Numbered from the stretch's first letter, positions 1 to 7,910 are shown. The stretch is DNA of 64,000 nt from Comamonadaceae bacterium (GCA_029255645.1 JANLJE010000026.1:136359-200358); one strand, 5' to 3'. Program-made: numbers and translations. Notes: generated by a model from the sequence alone, not told the origin.

Positions 1-777
1 AATCCGAAGAGAGCCGTCTGGCGCGGGTTTCGGCCCTGCTTCGGATTCCGAAGACGGGCGCGCGCCATTCCGAAGCAGGGCTTCATGGCCTTCTTCGGAT
101 TCGTGGTCCGCACCCTCCTGTGGATAACCTGGCGTCTTCCAGCCATGCCGCGCCATGCGCTGCGCCAGTACTTGCAGGCGGGTCGGCAGCGTGCGCCCGC
201 TGAGCAGCGGGTCTTCGGCGATCTCCCGCAGCGTGTTCATGCCCACGACCTGCACCGCCTTCGCCGCGTGCGTGAGCGCCAGGCTCACCAGGCCCAGGTA
301 GTCGGGGTCGAGCTGCATCGCCTCAAAGGGTGACAGCGGTTCGTCGTGCAGCACGTAGAGGTTGCCTTGGATACGGCCGGTCTTGGGATCGCGCCGCCGC
401 CGCACGAGACTGAGCCAGCGCGTCAGCCGCAGCAGCGTCAAGGCGCGCGCCACGGTCTCGTGCGAGGCTTGCGCCGCACAGGGCATGGACGCCAGATATG
501 GGCGGAGCTGGTCGTAGCTGGGAAAGGCGGTCACGCCGTCGTCATTGAGCTGCAGGCGGAACACCTGCCAGGCATTGCGCTCCAGCGGCGTCAGGCGCCG
601 GTCGAGGAACAACGCGCGCGGCACGTTCTCGTGCCGATTGCCGCTGTAGAGAAAGCTGTCCTGGCACGGCGACGTGCCCTGCGTCGGTTCCTTCGGCTCA
701 AGGTGCCGCAGCGCCTCGTCGAACAACGCCGACAGTGCAATGGGGCCTTCGCGCCGTGGTGCGCCCCCGGTGGTCAT
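1..777 (-). CDS. STY4528-family ICE/pathogenicity-island replication-like protein (first 259 codons; the 3' end lies beyond the window edge)
   Basis: Not in the ORF track because there is no stop inside the window. Manual minus-strand translation from the ATG at 775-777 gives MTTGGAPRREGPIALSALFDEALRHLEP...LERNAWQVFRLQLNDDGVTAFPSYDQLRPYL...HETVARALTLLRLTRWLSLVRRRRDPKTGRIQGNLYVLHDEP (wHTH-like core). It starts 3 nt after the DUF2857 stop, the usual order in ICEclc/SPI-7-type elements. Confidence 0.6.
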   Translation of the reverse strand, partial: MTTGGAPRREGPIALSALFDEALRHLEPKEPTQGTSPCQDSFLYSGNRHENVPRALFLDRRLTPLERNAWQVFRLQLNDDGVTAFPSYDQLRPYLASMPCAAQASHETVARALTLLRLTRWLSLVRRRRDPKTGRIQGNLYVLHDEPLSPFEAMQLDPDYLGLVSLALTHAAKAVQVVGMNTLREIAEDPLLSGRTLPTRLQVLAQRMARHGWKTPGYPQEGADHESEEGHEALLRNGARPSSESEAGPKPAPDGSLRI

Positions 778-780
778 GGC

Positions 781-1341
781 CTACACCAGCCCCTGGTCGA
801 CCCAGTCCCGTATCGCCGACCAGATCACCGACATGGGCAGGGTCATGGCCTCGGCCAGGTCCATGGTCAGCGCCAGCATCGCCATGTCGTCATTCAGCAC
901 GATCTGCCGCTCCTTGAGGCCGGCCTTCCAGCGTTCCCACAAGGCCGCGTCCTGCGCCTCGTCGAGCACCGGATGCCGGCCCTTGCGCTTGGGCAGCCCG
1001 AGGATGTCGCGGCGCAGCGCCACCTCCTGATGCGTGAGGCCATAGAATTTGCTGACCATCTCCGTGCTCGCCCCCAGGCGCAGCATGCGGTCCACCGTGG
1101 CGATCTCCCGCTCCACGTCGTGCACCTGGCTCAGCAGCCGCTTCAACACTTCCCGGTTCACCGACACCGAACACCACGACACCGTGGCATTCACCAGCAT
1201 GCTCACGAGTTCGGGGTGTTTCAGGGCATCCAGCTCCTCCTCGCCGAAGCCCATGGCCTTGCAGCGGCGCAACTGGCCGTTGCGCAGGTCATGCAGGGCC
1301 TGCGCGATCACGGCTTGGTTGAGCGGGTGCGGTGCCGACAT
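781..1341 (-). CDS. DUF2857 (STY4526/YPO1902-like) ICE protein
   Basis: 186-aa ORF. The segments KAMGFGEEELDALK and MLRLGASTEMVSKFYGLTHQEVALRRDILGLPKRKGR fit my recollection of DUF2857. It lies between the parB-like and STY4528-like genes. Confidence 0.7.
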   Translation of the reverse strand: MSAPHPLNQAVIAQALHDLRNGQLRRCKAMGFGEEELDALKHPELVSMLVNATVSWCSVSVNREVLKRLLSQVHDVEREIATVDRMLRLGASTEMVSKFYGLTHQEVALRRDILGLPKRKGRHPVLDEAQDAALWERWKAGLKERQIVLNDDMAMLALTMDLAEAMTLPMSVIWSAIRDWVDQGLV

Positions 1342-1360
1342 ACGGAAGCCTCCTGCGCGC

Positions 1361-3019
1361 TCAGGACTCGTGGTCCGAGCCGCCGGTGTCCAGATCCAGC
1401 AGCCGGCGCGCCAGGCGCAGCAGACGGAAAAGCTTCACCAGCCCGGAATCACTCAGGCGCATGGCCATGCCGCCGTGACCATGCAGCAGCGGCCCAAGTT
1501 CATCGGGTAGCCGCGCGCGATCCAGCTCAGCCGCAGATGCCGGTGCCGCGCTCAGTGCGTCCAGCAGGGTCAGCACCGCGCGAGCAAAAGCCGGCAGTAC
1601 GTTCGCCTGGCCCAGGGCCGGCGCTACGCAGATGAAGCCGATGCCGCCGTCGCTGACTTCGATGTGATCGGCTGCCGCCGCTTCCCCGGCGATTTCGCGC
1701 GCGAACTGCGCGATATGCGCGCGCAGGCGATCCGGCACGTCCAGCCCCGGCTCGACGTACCAAACGTCCGAGATGGGGTAGAGCCCGCCGGCCTGCACGG
1801 GGATCGCCCGCAGCGCATCGGCCTCGAAGTCTGGCAGCTTGTCGCCGAGCTGGTCCGCGACCATCCGCTGGATGGACTGCAGGCGCTCGGTGGTCGGTGC
1901 CGGTGTCACGATGTGTCCTTGCAGGCGCGCGTCGCGTTGCCCGTGCTGTTCCTCCGGCGTTTCGGGCGATGCAGGCGGTGTCGCTGCTGGCGCCGGAGGC
2001 GCGACCGGCGTGGTGTCGCGCGGCACAGACGAGGCGGGTGGCTGCTGAGGCGCAGAGACCGGCGGAGGAGGACCAGCAGGCGCGACAGGCGCTGCCGGTG
2101 GCGTCGGCGCCGCCGGTTCGCTGGTCAGCGCACGCTGGCGGCTTTCGCTGTCGTTGATCTCCAGCGCCAGCGTGTCGTAGTCCGCCTCCAGCAGCTCGGC
2201 CATCTGGCCGACCAGCTCGTCCTGCACTCGCTGCGGCGAGAAGTCGTCCGGCTGTGTGTCGAACTGCGTCAGCACGTCCTGAAACAAGGTGGCGAAGTCC
2301 ACGGTCACGGTGCGGCCCAGCGCACGCCGCTCCCAGGTGCGCTCGCACGCCTTGCGCAACACCGCGAGCCGGTCCACCTGATGCCGGCCCAATCCGCCGT
2401 ACAACAGCGTCGGGATCGCCGGCAGCAGGTAGCGCACCGCATCGTTCATACGGCTGATGTGCGACTGCGGCACCGGATAGCCGTCGGCAGTCAGCCGCCG
2501 CGCAAGTTCGCTTTGCGACAGCGCCTGGCCGCTTTCCTGCTCGTAGAACTCGCGCGCCTTCTCGATGCCCAACGCCCGCTCGATGAAGGTCAGCCCGCCG
2601 CGCAGCTCGTTCTCGGCCAGATGCCCGGTCAGCGCCACGATTTCGCCGCGCGCCGGCCACGGTCGAAACAAGCACGGTACGCGATAGAAGCGTTCCTCCT
2701 TGGTCTCGCTCCACAACTCGCGCAGGATGGCGAGCCGCGTATTGCCACCGTTCCTGATGATGTAGTGCGCCTCGCCCGGCCGGCGCGTGATCGCCGGCGG
2801 CGCGTCCAGCCCGCGTTCGCGGATCGACGCCTTGATTTCCTCGTAGGCCGGGTTGCGCGTCACGCGCGGGTCATGTTCATAGGGGCGCAGCTCGTCCAGC
2901 GTCACCACCATCGGTGTGTCGGCGATGGGGTCGGTCAACGCCCCGGCCGAAGGACCGCTGCGTTCGAAGCCCTTGGCCAGCAGCTTGGCGGCCATGTCCT
3001 GCGGCGTCGGCTCAGCCAT
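1361..3019 (-). CDS. parB: ICE ParB-like nuclease/partition protein
   Basis: 552 aa. N-terminal ParB/Srx-like region (DPRVTRNPAYEEIKASIRERG...HYIIRNGGNTRLAILRELW), followed by a long Pro/Ala-rich linker and a C-terminal domain. Its start overlaps the upstream small gene by 8 nt. Confidence 0.85.
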   Translation of the reverse strand: MAEPTPQDMAAKLLAKGFERSGPSAGALTDPIADTPMVVTLDELRPYEHDPRVTRNPAYEEIKASIRERGLDAPPAITRRPGEAHYIIRNGGNTRLAILRELWSETKEERFYRVPCLFRPWPARGEIVALTGHLAENELRGGLTFIERALGIEKAREFYEQESGQALSQSELARRLTADGYPVPQSHISRMNDAVRYLLPAIPTLLYGGLGRHQVDRLAVLRKACERTWERRALGRTVTVDFATLFQDVLTQFDTQPDDFSPQRVQDELVGQMAELLEADYDTLALEINDSESRQRALTSEPAAPTPPAAPVAPAGPPPPVSAPQQPPASSVPRDTTPVAPPAPAATPPASPETPEEQHGQRDARLQGHIVTPAPTTERLQSIQRMVADQLGDKLPDFEADALRAIPVQAGGLYPISDVWYVEPGLDVPDRLRAHIAQFAREIAGEAAAADHIEVSDGGIGFICVAPALGQANVLPAFARAVLTLLDALSAAPASAAELDRARLPDELGPLLHGHGGMAMRLSDSGLVKLFRLLRLARRLLDLDTGGSDHES

Positions 3020-3260
3020 CGCTGCTCTCCCGAGACACCGTCAGTACCTGTCGATCGGCGCGGCGAAGCTGCGCGCGTGCGTTGCTGCTGGCGCGGTGAT
3101 CGCTCGCAGTCGAGCTGGTATAGATCGCGGCGCAGCCGGGCTTGGTGAACATCAGGTGCCCGCCGCGCGTGCGTTTCACGTGCCAACCTTCGCCCAGCGC
3201 GAACTCGATCAGCGCGCGCAGCCGCGCATGGCCGCGGGCCAGTTCATGCGCGTTCGCCAT
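3012..3260 (-). CDS. Small 82-aa protein between parA and parB, HicA/YcfA-like by motif
   Basis: Internal ATG at 3260 of the 144-aa track ORF gives MANAHELARGHARLRALIEFALGEGWHVKRTRGGHLMFTKPG.... GWxVxRxxGGHxxFxxPG resembles the HicA/YcfA fold. It overlaps the parA stop (17 nt) and the parB start (8 nt). Confidence 0.5.
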   Translation of the reverse strand: MANAHELARGHARLRALIEFALGEGWHVKRTRGGHLMFTKPGCAAIYTSSTASDHRASSNARAQLRRADRQVLTVSRESSDG

Positions 3261-4110
3261 GACTGGCTCCCCCTGCGCGGCCTCTGCCGGTAACGCATGC
3301 AAAGCGCTCCCTCCATGCCGGGAACAGCTCGCCAGCCAGCGCACGCATCGTCTCCAACGCCGCAGGCGCAGTACGGCCCACTGGTTGCCGGTACTCGACG
3401 CGATGCACTGGCAGCCCCCGTGTTGCGGCACGTGGGTAGGCTTCAATGGCCGGGACGTCGGTGTTCAGGACCTGTATGCCTGCGTGCGCCTGGAACACTT
3501 GTCGCAGGGCCTGCTGGATCAGTCGGGCGTTCGACGAAACCGGATGCACACGGTTGATGAGCAAGCGCAGCGGTGGCGGCTCGATGCCGAGGTGCCGATA
3601 CGGAGCTATGTCCTCGATCAGTTGCAGCGTGCCGCGCCTCAGCTCGCGGGCCGCCAGGATTTCCGGCGTCACCGGTGACAGCGCCAGACTGGAGGCCAGT
3701 ACCGCCATCTCCAGCAGCACACTGCGCGCTCCCTGGGTATCGATCAGCAGCAGGTCGTAGTGCAACGCCAGCGCGGGGAGGAGGTGACGCAGGCGCAGCC
3801 GGCCGTCGGGCGCGTGCAGCAGCAGTGTGTTCAGTTCGCCGCGGTGGTCGTTCGACACCACCAGGTCGAGACCCGCCACAGCGGTCTGCGAAGCCAATTG
3901 CTCGATACGCTGCTCATTGAAGGCCAGCATCTCGTAGATGCCGGCAGGCGCATGCGTGCCGAGGGTGAAGTAGCTCGACAAGGTGGGCTGTACGTCCAGG
4001 TCCAGCAGCAGCACGCGCAGTCCCGCATCGGCGATGAAGCCGCCCAGGTTCGCTGCGGTGGTCGTCTTGCCGACGCCACCCTTGGTCGAAATGATGGATA
4101 CCACCTGCAT
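3244..4110 (-). CDS. parA: ParA/Soj-family partition ATPase
   Basis: Start taken at MQVVSIISTKGGVGKTTTAANLG (deviant Walker A KGGVGKTT), codon 26 of the 313-aa track ORF. 288 aa. Confidence 0.9.
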   Translation of the reverse strand: MQVVSIISTKGGVGKTTTAANLGGFIADAGLRVLLLDLDVQPTLSSYFTLGTHAPAGIYEMLAFNEQRIEQLASQTAVAGLDLVVSNDHRGELNTLLLHAPDGRLRLRHLLPALALHYDLLLIDTQGARSVLLEMAVLASSLALSPVTPEILAARELRRGTLQLIEDIAPYRHLGIEPPPLRLLINRVHPVSSNARLIQQALRQVFQAHAGIQVLNTDVPAIEAYPRAATRGLPVHRVEYRQPVGRTAPAALETMRALAGELFPAWRERFACVTGRGRAGGASHGERA

Positions 4111-4151
4111 GGTGCGACTCCTCGTGGAAGGGATTCCGGCGCAGCGCGGGC

Positions 4152-4370
4152 TCACGCCCGTTCCCTGAGTCGATCGGTGATCCACTGATCGATCTCCACC
4201 GAATCCCAGCCGATGGCGCGTACCCCGAGGCGCAGGGGCTTGGGAAACTTGCCCTCCTTGATCAGGTTGTAGATGTGGGCGCGTTTGAAGCCGGTCTTGG
4301 CCTCGACTTCCGCGCGGCGCAGGATGCGGTGTTCGTTCGGCGCCGCGGTGGCGATGGTCTGGGCAGTCAC
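4152..4370 (-). CDS. alpA: AlpA-family phage/ICE transcriptional regulator (MerR-like HTH)
   Basis: C-terminal 72 aa of the 158-aa track ORF: VTAQTIATAAPNEHRILRRAEVEAKTGFKRAHIYNLIKEGKFPKPLRLGVRAIGWDSVEIDQWI. The GTG at 4370 is preceded by AAGGAG 8 nt upstream. The upstream part of the track ORF is Arg/Cys-rich junk. Confidence 0.8.
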   Translation of the reverse strand: MTAQTIATAAPNEHRILRRAEVEAKTGFKRAHIYNLIKEGKFPKPLRLGVRAIGWDSVEIDQWITDRLRERA

Positions 4371-4448
4371 GAGGGACACTCCTTGGCGCTGTGTAGCGGC
4401 GGTGATGGAAGTGCCCGTATTCAATAGCGCGGTTCCTGCGCAGTCACC

Positions 4449-4477
4449 GCAAGTGCAGACGCGCCGTCTGCACTTGC
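4449..4477. promoter_or_regulatory. Perfect 13-bp inverted repeat (GCAAGTGCAGACG cgc CGTCTGCACTTGC)
   Basis: Read directly. It lies 2 nt downstream of the stop of the 253-aa gene and about 80-105 nt upstream of the alpA start. There is no U-tract on the minus strand, so it could be a terminator-like hairpin or an operator. Confidence 0.5.
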
Positions 4478-4479
4478 AG

Positions 4480-5241
4480 TCAGCGGTCCTGGGTGGCGAG
4501 ATGACGCTTGGCAGCCGAAAACTTCGCCCATAGCGTTCGCTCGCTGATCCCGGATTTGTCGCCGTAATGGGCAACCAGCGCACTGATGACCGACTCCAGC
4601 GTCTCGAAAGACGAATAGGGAACGCCATTGGGTGACTTGCCCAATAGCAGGGTCAGAAGACCGCCAACGATGTTCAGGTAGGTGGATTCACTGCGGGCGC
4701 CCGGCGTCCCGGACCGCTTTTCGCGCTCCGTGCGCGCCTGGTGTTCCTGGCTGAGCGTCTGGAACTGGTCATAGAGCGCGTCCCAGGCTTGCACCTTGTC
4801 GGCAAGCTGGAGTTTCAACGCCTCGCGATCCATGACCAGTGCCTGCACGGCATCGACACTGACGGCCGGATGCAGGTGACGCTCAAAGGCATCGAACAGG
4901 AAGGCCGGTCGCTGGTCGGGATAGAAACGGATCATCCAGGCCTTCAGATCGACGTGGCGGATCGTGAGGCCAGGGTCATCGAGCAAGGCGGGGTCGTTGC
5001 TCGTGAGGCCATCCTTGCCGTAGGGAAGGTCGAGATGCACCAGTGCGTCGTAGATCCGGTCCGCGTTCAGGCGAAGCTGTGGCCAGCGCGCCAGTGCAGC
5101 GTGCTCCGGTAGCCGGTTCATCCCCTCGGCGACATCAAGGATACGGCGCTCGAAGCGTGACAGCCCCGCCCACTGGATGGCCGCCTCGATCGGACGATAG
5201 AAGACCTTGGCTTGGGCGCCGGAAGAAGATGACTTTCTCAT
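4480..5241 (-). CDS. Hypothetical protein (253 aa), ICE-end accessory gene
   Basis: Clean ORF with normal amino-acid composition (MRKSSSSGAQAKVFYRPIEAAIQWAGLSRFERRILDV...). I recognise no domain. Same strand as alpA/parA. Confidence 0.6.
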   Translation of the reverse strand: MRKSSSSGAQAKVFYRPIEAAIQWAGLSRFERRILDVAEGMNRLPEHAALARWPQLRLNADRIYDALVHLDLPYGKDGLTSNDPALLDDPGLTIRHVDLKAWMIRFYPDQRPAFLFDAFERHLHPAVSVDAVQALVMDREALKLQLADKVQAWDALYDQFQTLSQEHQARTEREKRSGTPGARSESTYLNIVGGLLTLLLGKSPNGVPYSSFETLESVISALVAHYGDKSGISERTLWAKFSAAKRHLATQDR

Positions 5242-5742
5242 GGGCTACTCCCTGGTGAACGGGTTCAGGACATCGGCTTTTCTCGTGGTCTGGTCGACGC
5301 CATCCCACACCTTCGTGGCGCGGAGCGGTGGCGACTTGGCTTGTGGAAAGGTTGTAGTGACGGCGAATGGCTGCAATGCTCACCCCAGCAACCAGTCGAT
5401 GTGGCACCTTGTCCACCAACACCGAGCCTCTGCGTGGCGGTATGCTTCAAGATGTTTCTCGCCCATGACGGGGAGGCTTGGTAGTGAGGTTTTGCTACAG
5501 ATGCCATCGCGGCGAAAGACGCATTCAGTCTCTGCGCCCTCATGTCTGGGCATCACCCGCATGTCGGACGCCGATGGTCTTTCAGCAGACGCGGTTCGGG
5601 TGGCAACGGGCGCGGCGATGCCGTCTCGACGGGCAACGATGAGGCTTCGAGCCAGACGGCACGGGTCTTCGTTCAGATCAAGAAAGAATGACAGGCGAAT
5701 GCCATCGATTCACCGACAAGTCTCAGAACATCAACAGTTCTA

Positions 5743-6414
5743 TTGCGGGCAACCGACATGACAGAAAAGCCGATCACGGTCTTCCAGCATCTTCACCTCA
5801 GGGGCAAGACAGCAACCGCAATGCGCAGTGGCATCCTCGCGCAGGTTGGTGGCTCTTGGCGTCACGACGCTGAGCGGGAAGAAGACCTCAAGCAACACTT
5901 GGGCGACGACGATGTGATCGTGCTTGTACGATCTGCATTCGACGACGTCGATGAATCGGCTCTGGTGCTGTGGCAAGAGCCTGATGGCTACAAGGTTTCC
6001 AATATCGTGCCGCGAAACGTCGGTGAGCTTGGTATTGACAAGTACAACGCGATTCTTCGCGACTTCGTCGCCCAAGTCGCGGAACCGGCGTCCCGGGCCG
6101 GCGGTTTCGGCGTCGAACTGACCTCTCCCAACCAGACTCTTGAGGATTGGCTGGATGCCGAACCGGCAGCAGCCCTGCGGCGCTTCTCGCGGCTCGCCAA
6201 TAAATCCACAGGTGCGGCCCATTCCATGGACAGGGAGCGCTGGTACGCGTTCCTGATTGCCGCGCACCGTGCATCGAAACGACTGGATAGTGACCAATTG
6301 GCACGGTGGCTTGTCGAGGTGGAGGCCTGGTCCGCAGGGCGGGCGCAGGACTTGGCCATCGACTATGAATTCGCACTCGGACTGCTTGAACAGTATGACC
6401 AGTCGCATACATGA
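5743..6414 (+). CDS. Hypothetical protein (223 aa; alternative start MTEKP at 5758), first gene of a two-gene cassette
   Basis: ORF in a visibly lower-GC stretch with balanced composition (acidic N-terminal half, helical C-terminal half ...WYAFLIAAHRASKRLDSDQLARWLVEVEAW...). Its stop overlaps the next gene's start (ATGA at 6411-6414). No recognisable domain. Confidence 0.6.
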   Translation: MRATDMTEKPITVFQHLHLRGKTATAMRSGILAQVGGSWRHDAEREEDLKQHLGDDDVIVLVRSAFDDVDESALVLWQEPDGYKVSNIVPRNVGELGIDKYNAILRDFVAQVAEPASRAGGFGVELTSPNQTLEDWLDAEPAAALRRFSRLANKSTGAAHSMDRERWYAFLIAAHRASKRLDSDQLARWLVEVEAWSAGRAQDLAIDYEFALGLLEQYDQSHT

Positions 6415-7115
6415 GCCTGAATACTTCAGTCATTGACGACTTGGCTGCTTTAAACGCGCCTGTATTGTGCGTGGATACATGCACCGTCCTTGACGTCATC
6501 CGTGACATCACGCGCGAAACAGCGGTAGCACACGATGCCAACGCCGGGCTTGCCTTGCTTGCGGCAGCCGAGGCCGGCTCCGATCTGATTGTTCTGATGG
6601 CAGAACAGGTGACCATCGAACTTGCTGCTCATGTCGCTGGCGTCGAGGTAGAGGCTCGAAACGCTTTGGCAAGGTTCCGGGCACAAGCTCAACGTATCCA
6701 TGAAGTGGCCTTGGCCTACGGTGCCCAGGGAATGCTGCCGCTGGACCACCTTGAGGGACACGTCGCGCGGGCCAGGACAGTGCTGAACAGGTGGCGGGAC
6801 GTTGCCAGCGTGGTGCCGCACAACGATGGGGTCGCCAGCCGTGCGTTCAAGCGAGTCAACGAACCTCGTGCTCCCGCCCGACTGGGTAAAGAATCAATGA
6901 AGGATTGCGTGATCGTCGAAGCCTATATCGAGGCGGCTGGCCAGCTTCGCTCCGCAGGGCTGGTGGCGCCGATCGTGTTCGCCTCGTCGAATACGAAGGA
7001 GTATTTCGCGCCGAACACCCGACGTCTTCAAGATGAAATCGCTGCCGATCTAGAGGACGTTGGTGTGGAGTACGCCCCAAACTTCGGCGCAGCGCAACAC
7101 AGTCTCGGCCTATAG
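6411..7115 (+). CDS. PIN-like (DUF4935-type) putative nuclease
   Basis: 234 aa. N-terminal VLCVDTCTVLDVIRD (first acidic PIN motif), central helical insert, then KDCVIVEAYIE and IVFASSNTKEYF (later acidic/polar motifs). This layout fits my recollection of PIN-like DUF4935 proteins. Motif-level call only. Confidence 0.5.
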   Translation: MSLNTSVIDDLAALNAPVLCVDTCTVLDVIRDITRETAVAHDANAGLALLAAAEAGSDLIVLMAEQVTIELAAHVAGVEVEARNALARFRAQAQRIHEVALAYGAQGMLPLDHLEGHVARARTVLNRWRDVASVVPHNDGVASRAFKRVNEPRAPARLGKESMKDCVIVEAYIEAAGQLRSAGLVAPIVFASSNTKEYFAPNTRRLQDEIAADLEDVGVEYAPNFGAAQHSLGL

Positions 7116-7303
7116 GCGCATCTGGACAGGACCCTGGTGGCTGTGCATGGACGTTGCTGGGCGATGGCAGACGATCCCGGGTTGCCGGGCAGGTGGGGCT
7201 GGTACATAATCTGGTCTAATTCCGTGGCGCTCACGGAAGAAACCCGTTATCAATCAACGGGTTGAGTGCGGCGTAATGTTCCCTTCACCCGCTCCACTTT
7301 AGC

Positions 7304-7430
7304 TTCCATGGAAATCCACAGACTTCCATAAGTTACTGTCAGCAAATGATTTTTTGCTCGACGGCGATCCAGCGAGATCCACCGAAATCCACCCGCTGCT
7401 GGACTGAATCAGTCCATCCGGTAGTCCATC
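7304..7430. repeat. Array of eight TCCA-core motifs, including two triplets with exact 10-bp phasing
   Basis: TCCA cores start at 7305, 7315, 7325 (TTCCAT / ATCCAC / TTCCAT) and at 7368, 7378, 7388 (ATCCA x3), plus AGTCCATC at 7411 and 7423. Read directly; anchored on ORF boundaries 7299 and 7519. Confidence 0.7.
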
Positions 7431-7437
7431 GAAGCGG

Positions 7438-7462
7438 TCGGGTTCGAGTCCGGATTGTCGCT
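7438..7462 (+). other. tRNA T-arm-like fragment (candidate att-site remnant), not an intact tRNA
   Basis: TCGGG-TTCGAGT-CCGGA-TTGTCGC-T: a canonical 7-nt T-loop flanked by a 5-bp stem with one central G-G mismatch. There is no matching 5' acceptor strand, no CCA and no valid anticodon arm upstream. Confidence 0.4.
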
Positions 7463-7518
7463 GGGGCCGAGCGAGCCATGGGATGAGCATCTGACTCCTG
7501 ACGTTTTCAGGAGCAGAC

Positions 7519-7812
7519 ATGGCACTCACTGACATGGTCGTCCGGCAGGCCAAGGCCACCGGCAAGGACTACACCCTCCCTGACTTCGACGGCCTGTCGC
7601 TGGCCGTCTCGGACTGCGGCACCAAGGCCTGGCACTTCCGGTACACCTGGCTCGGCCAGCAGAAGCGGATGTCGCTCGGCATCTATCCGGAAATCAGCCT
7701 GCGCGAGGCCCGCGAGCTTCGCGACCAGGCCCGTTCGCTGGTGGCCAAGGGCATCAATCCGCAACGGCAGCGAGTGAAAAAACCGGGGCCGGCGCAAATT
7801 CAGCCGCATTAA
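7519..7812 (+). pseudogene. Truncated P4-type tyrosine integrase (N-terminal arm-binding DUF4102 domain only)
   Basis: 97 aa: MALTDMVVRQAKATGKDYTLPDFDGLSLAVSDCGTKAWHFRYTWLGQQKRMSLGIYPEISLREARELRDQARSLVAKGINP matches the N-terminus of roughly 400-aa P4-like integrases. The catalytic domain is absent. Confidence 0.8.
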
Positions 7813-7893
7813 TGTCATCCAGGTAGCAGGCTGTCGTGCGCTCGTGCCCAGCATCGGCCCTTGCTCGGGCCGGGTGCTAGGCGCGCCTCAGAA

Positions 7894-7910
7894 TTTACGA
7901 CGAATTTATG
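7894..7910 (+). promoter_or_regulatory. Candidate KdpE (OmpR-family) direct-repeat box upstream of the kdp operon
   Basis: TTTACG-acgaa-TTTATG: two T-rich hexamers 11 bp centre to centre, with a third TTTACG at 7937-7942. They sit in the AT-richer stretch about 75-90 nt upstream of the first ORF of the operon. Confidence 0.35.

Noticed and set aside
346-3148. Long plus-strand ORFs 346..1635 (429 aa) and 1664..3148 (494 aa), and many similar ones elsewhere (e.g. 7895..10060, 9972..12092, 13671..15902, 29781..32327, 33567..35918, 46870..47865)
   Set aside because: They are Arg/Gly/Ala/Pro/His-rich shadow ORFs antisense to genes with clear family motifs. This is a typical artefact of high GC content, and none shows a recognisable motif.
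7355-7470. Possible intact tRNA, tRNA-Sec or tmRNA 3' end upstream of the integrase stump
   Set aside because: Only a T-arm-like element can be folded. The hairpin TGGAC-TGAATCA-GTCCA lacks U33, there is no 5' acceptor strand complementary to TTGTCGC, and there is no CCA. I treat it as a relic or att fragment instead.
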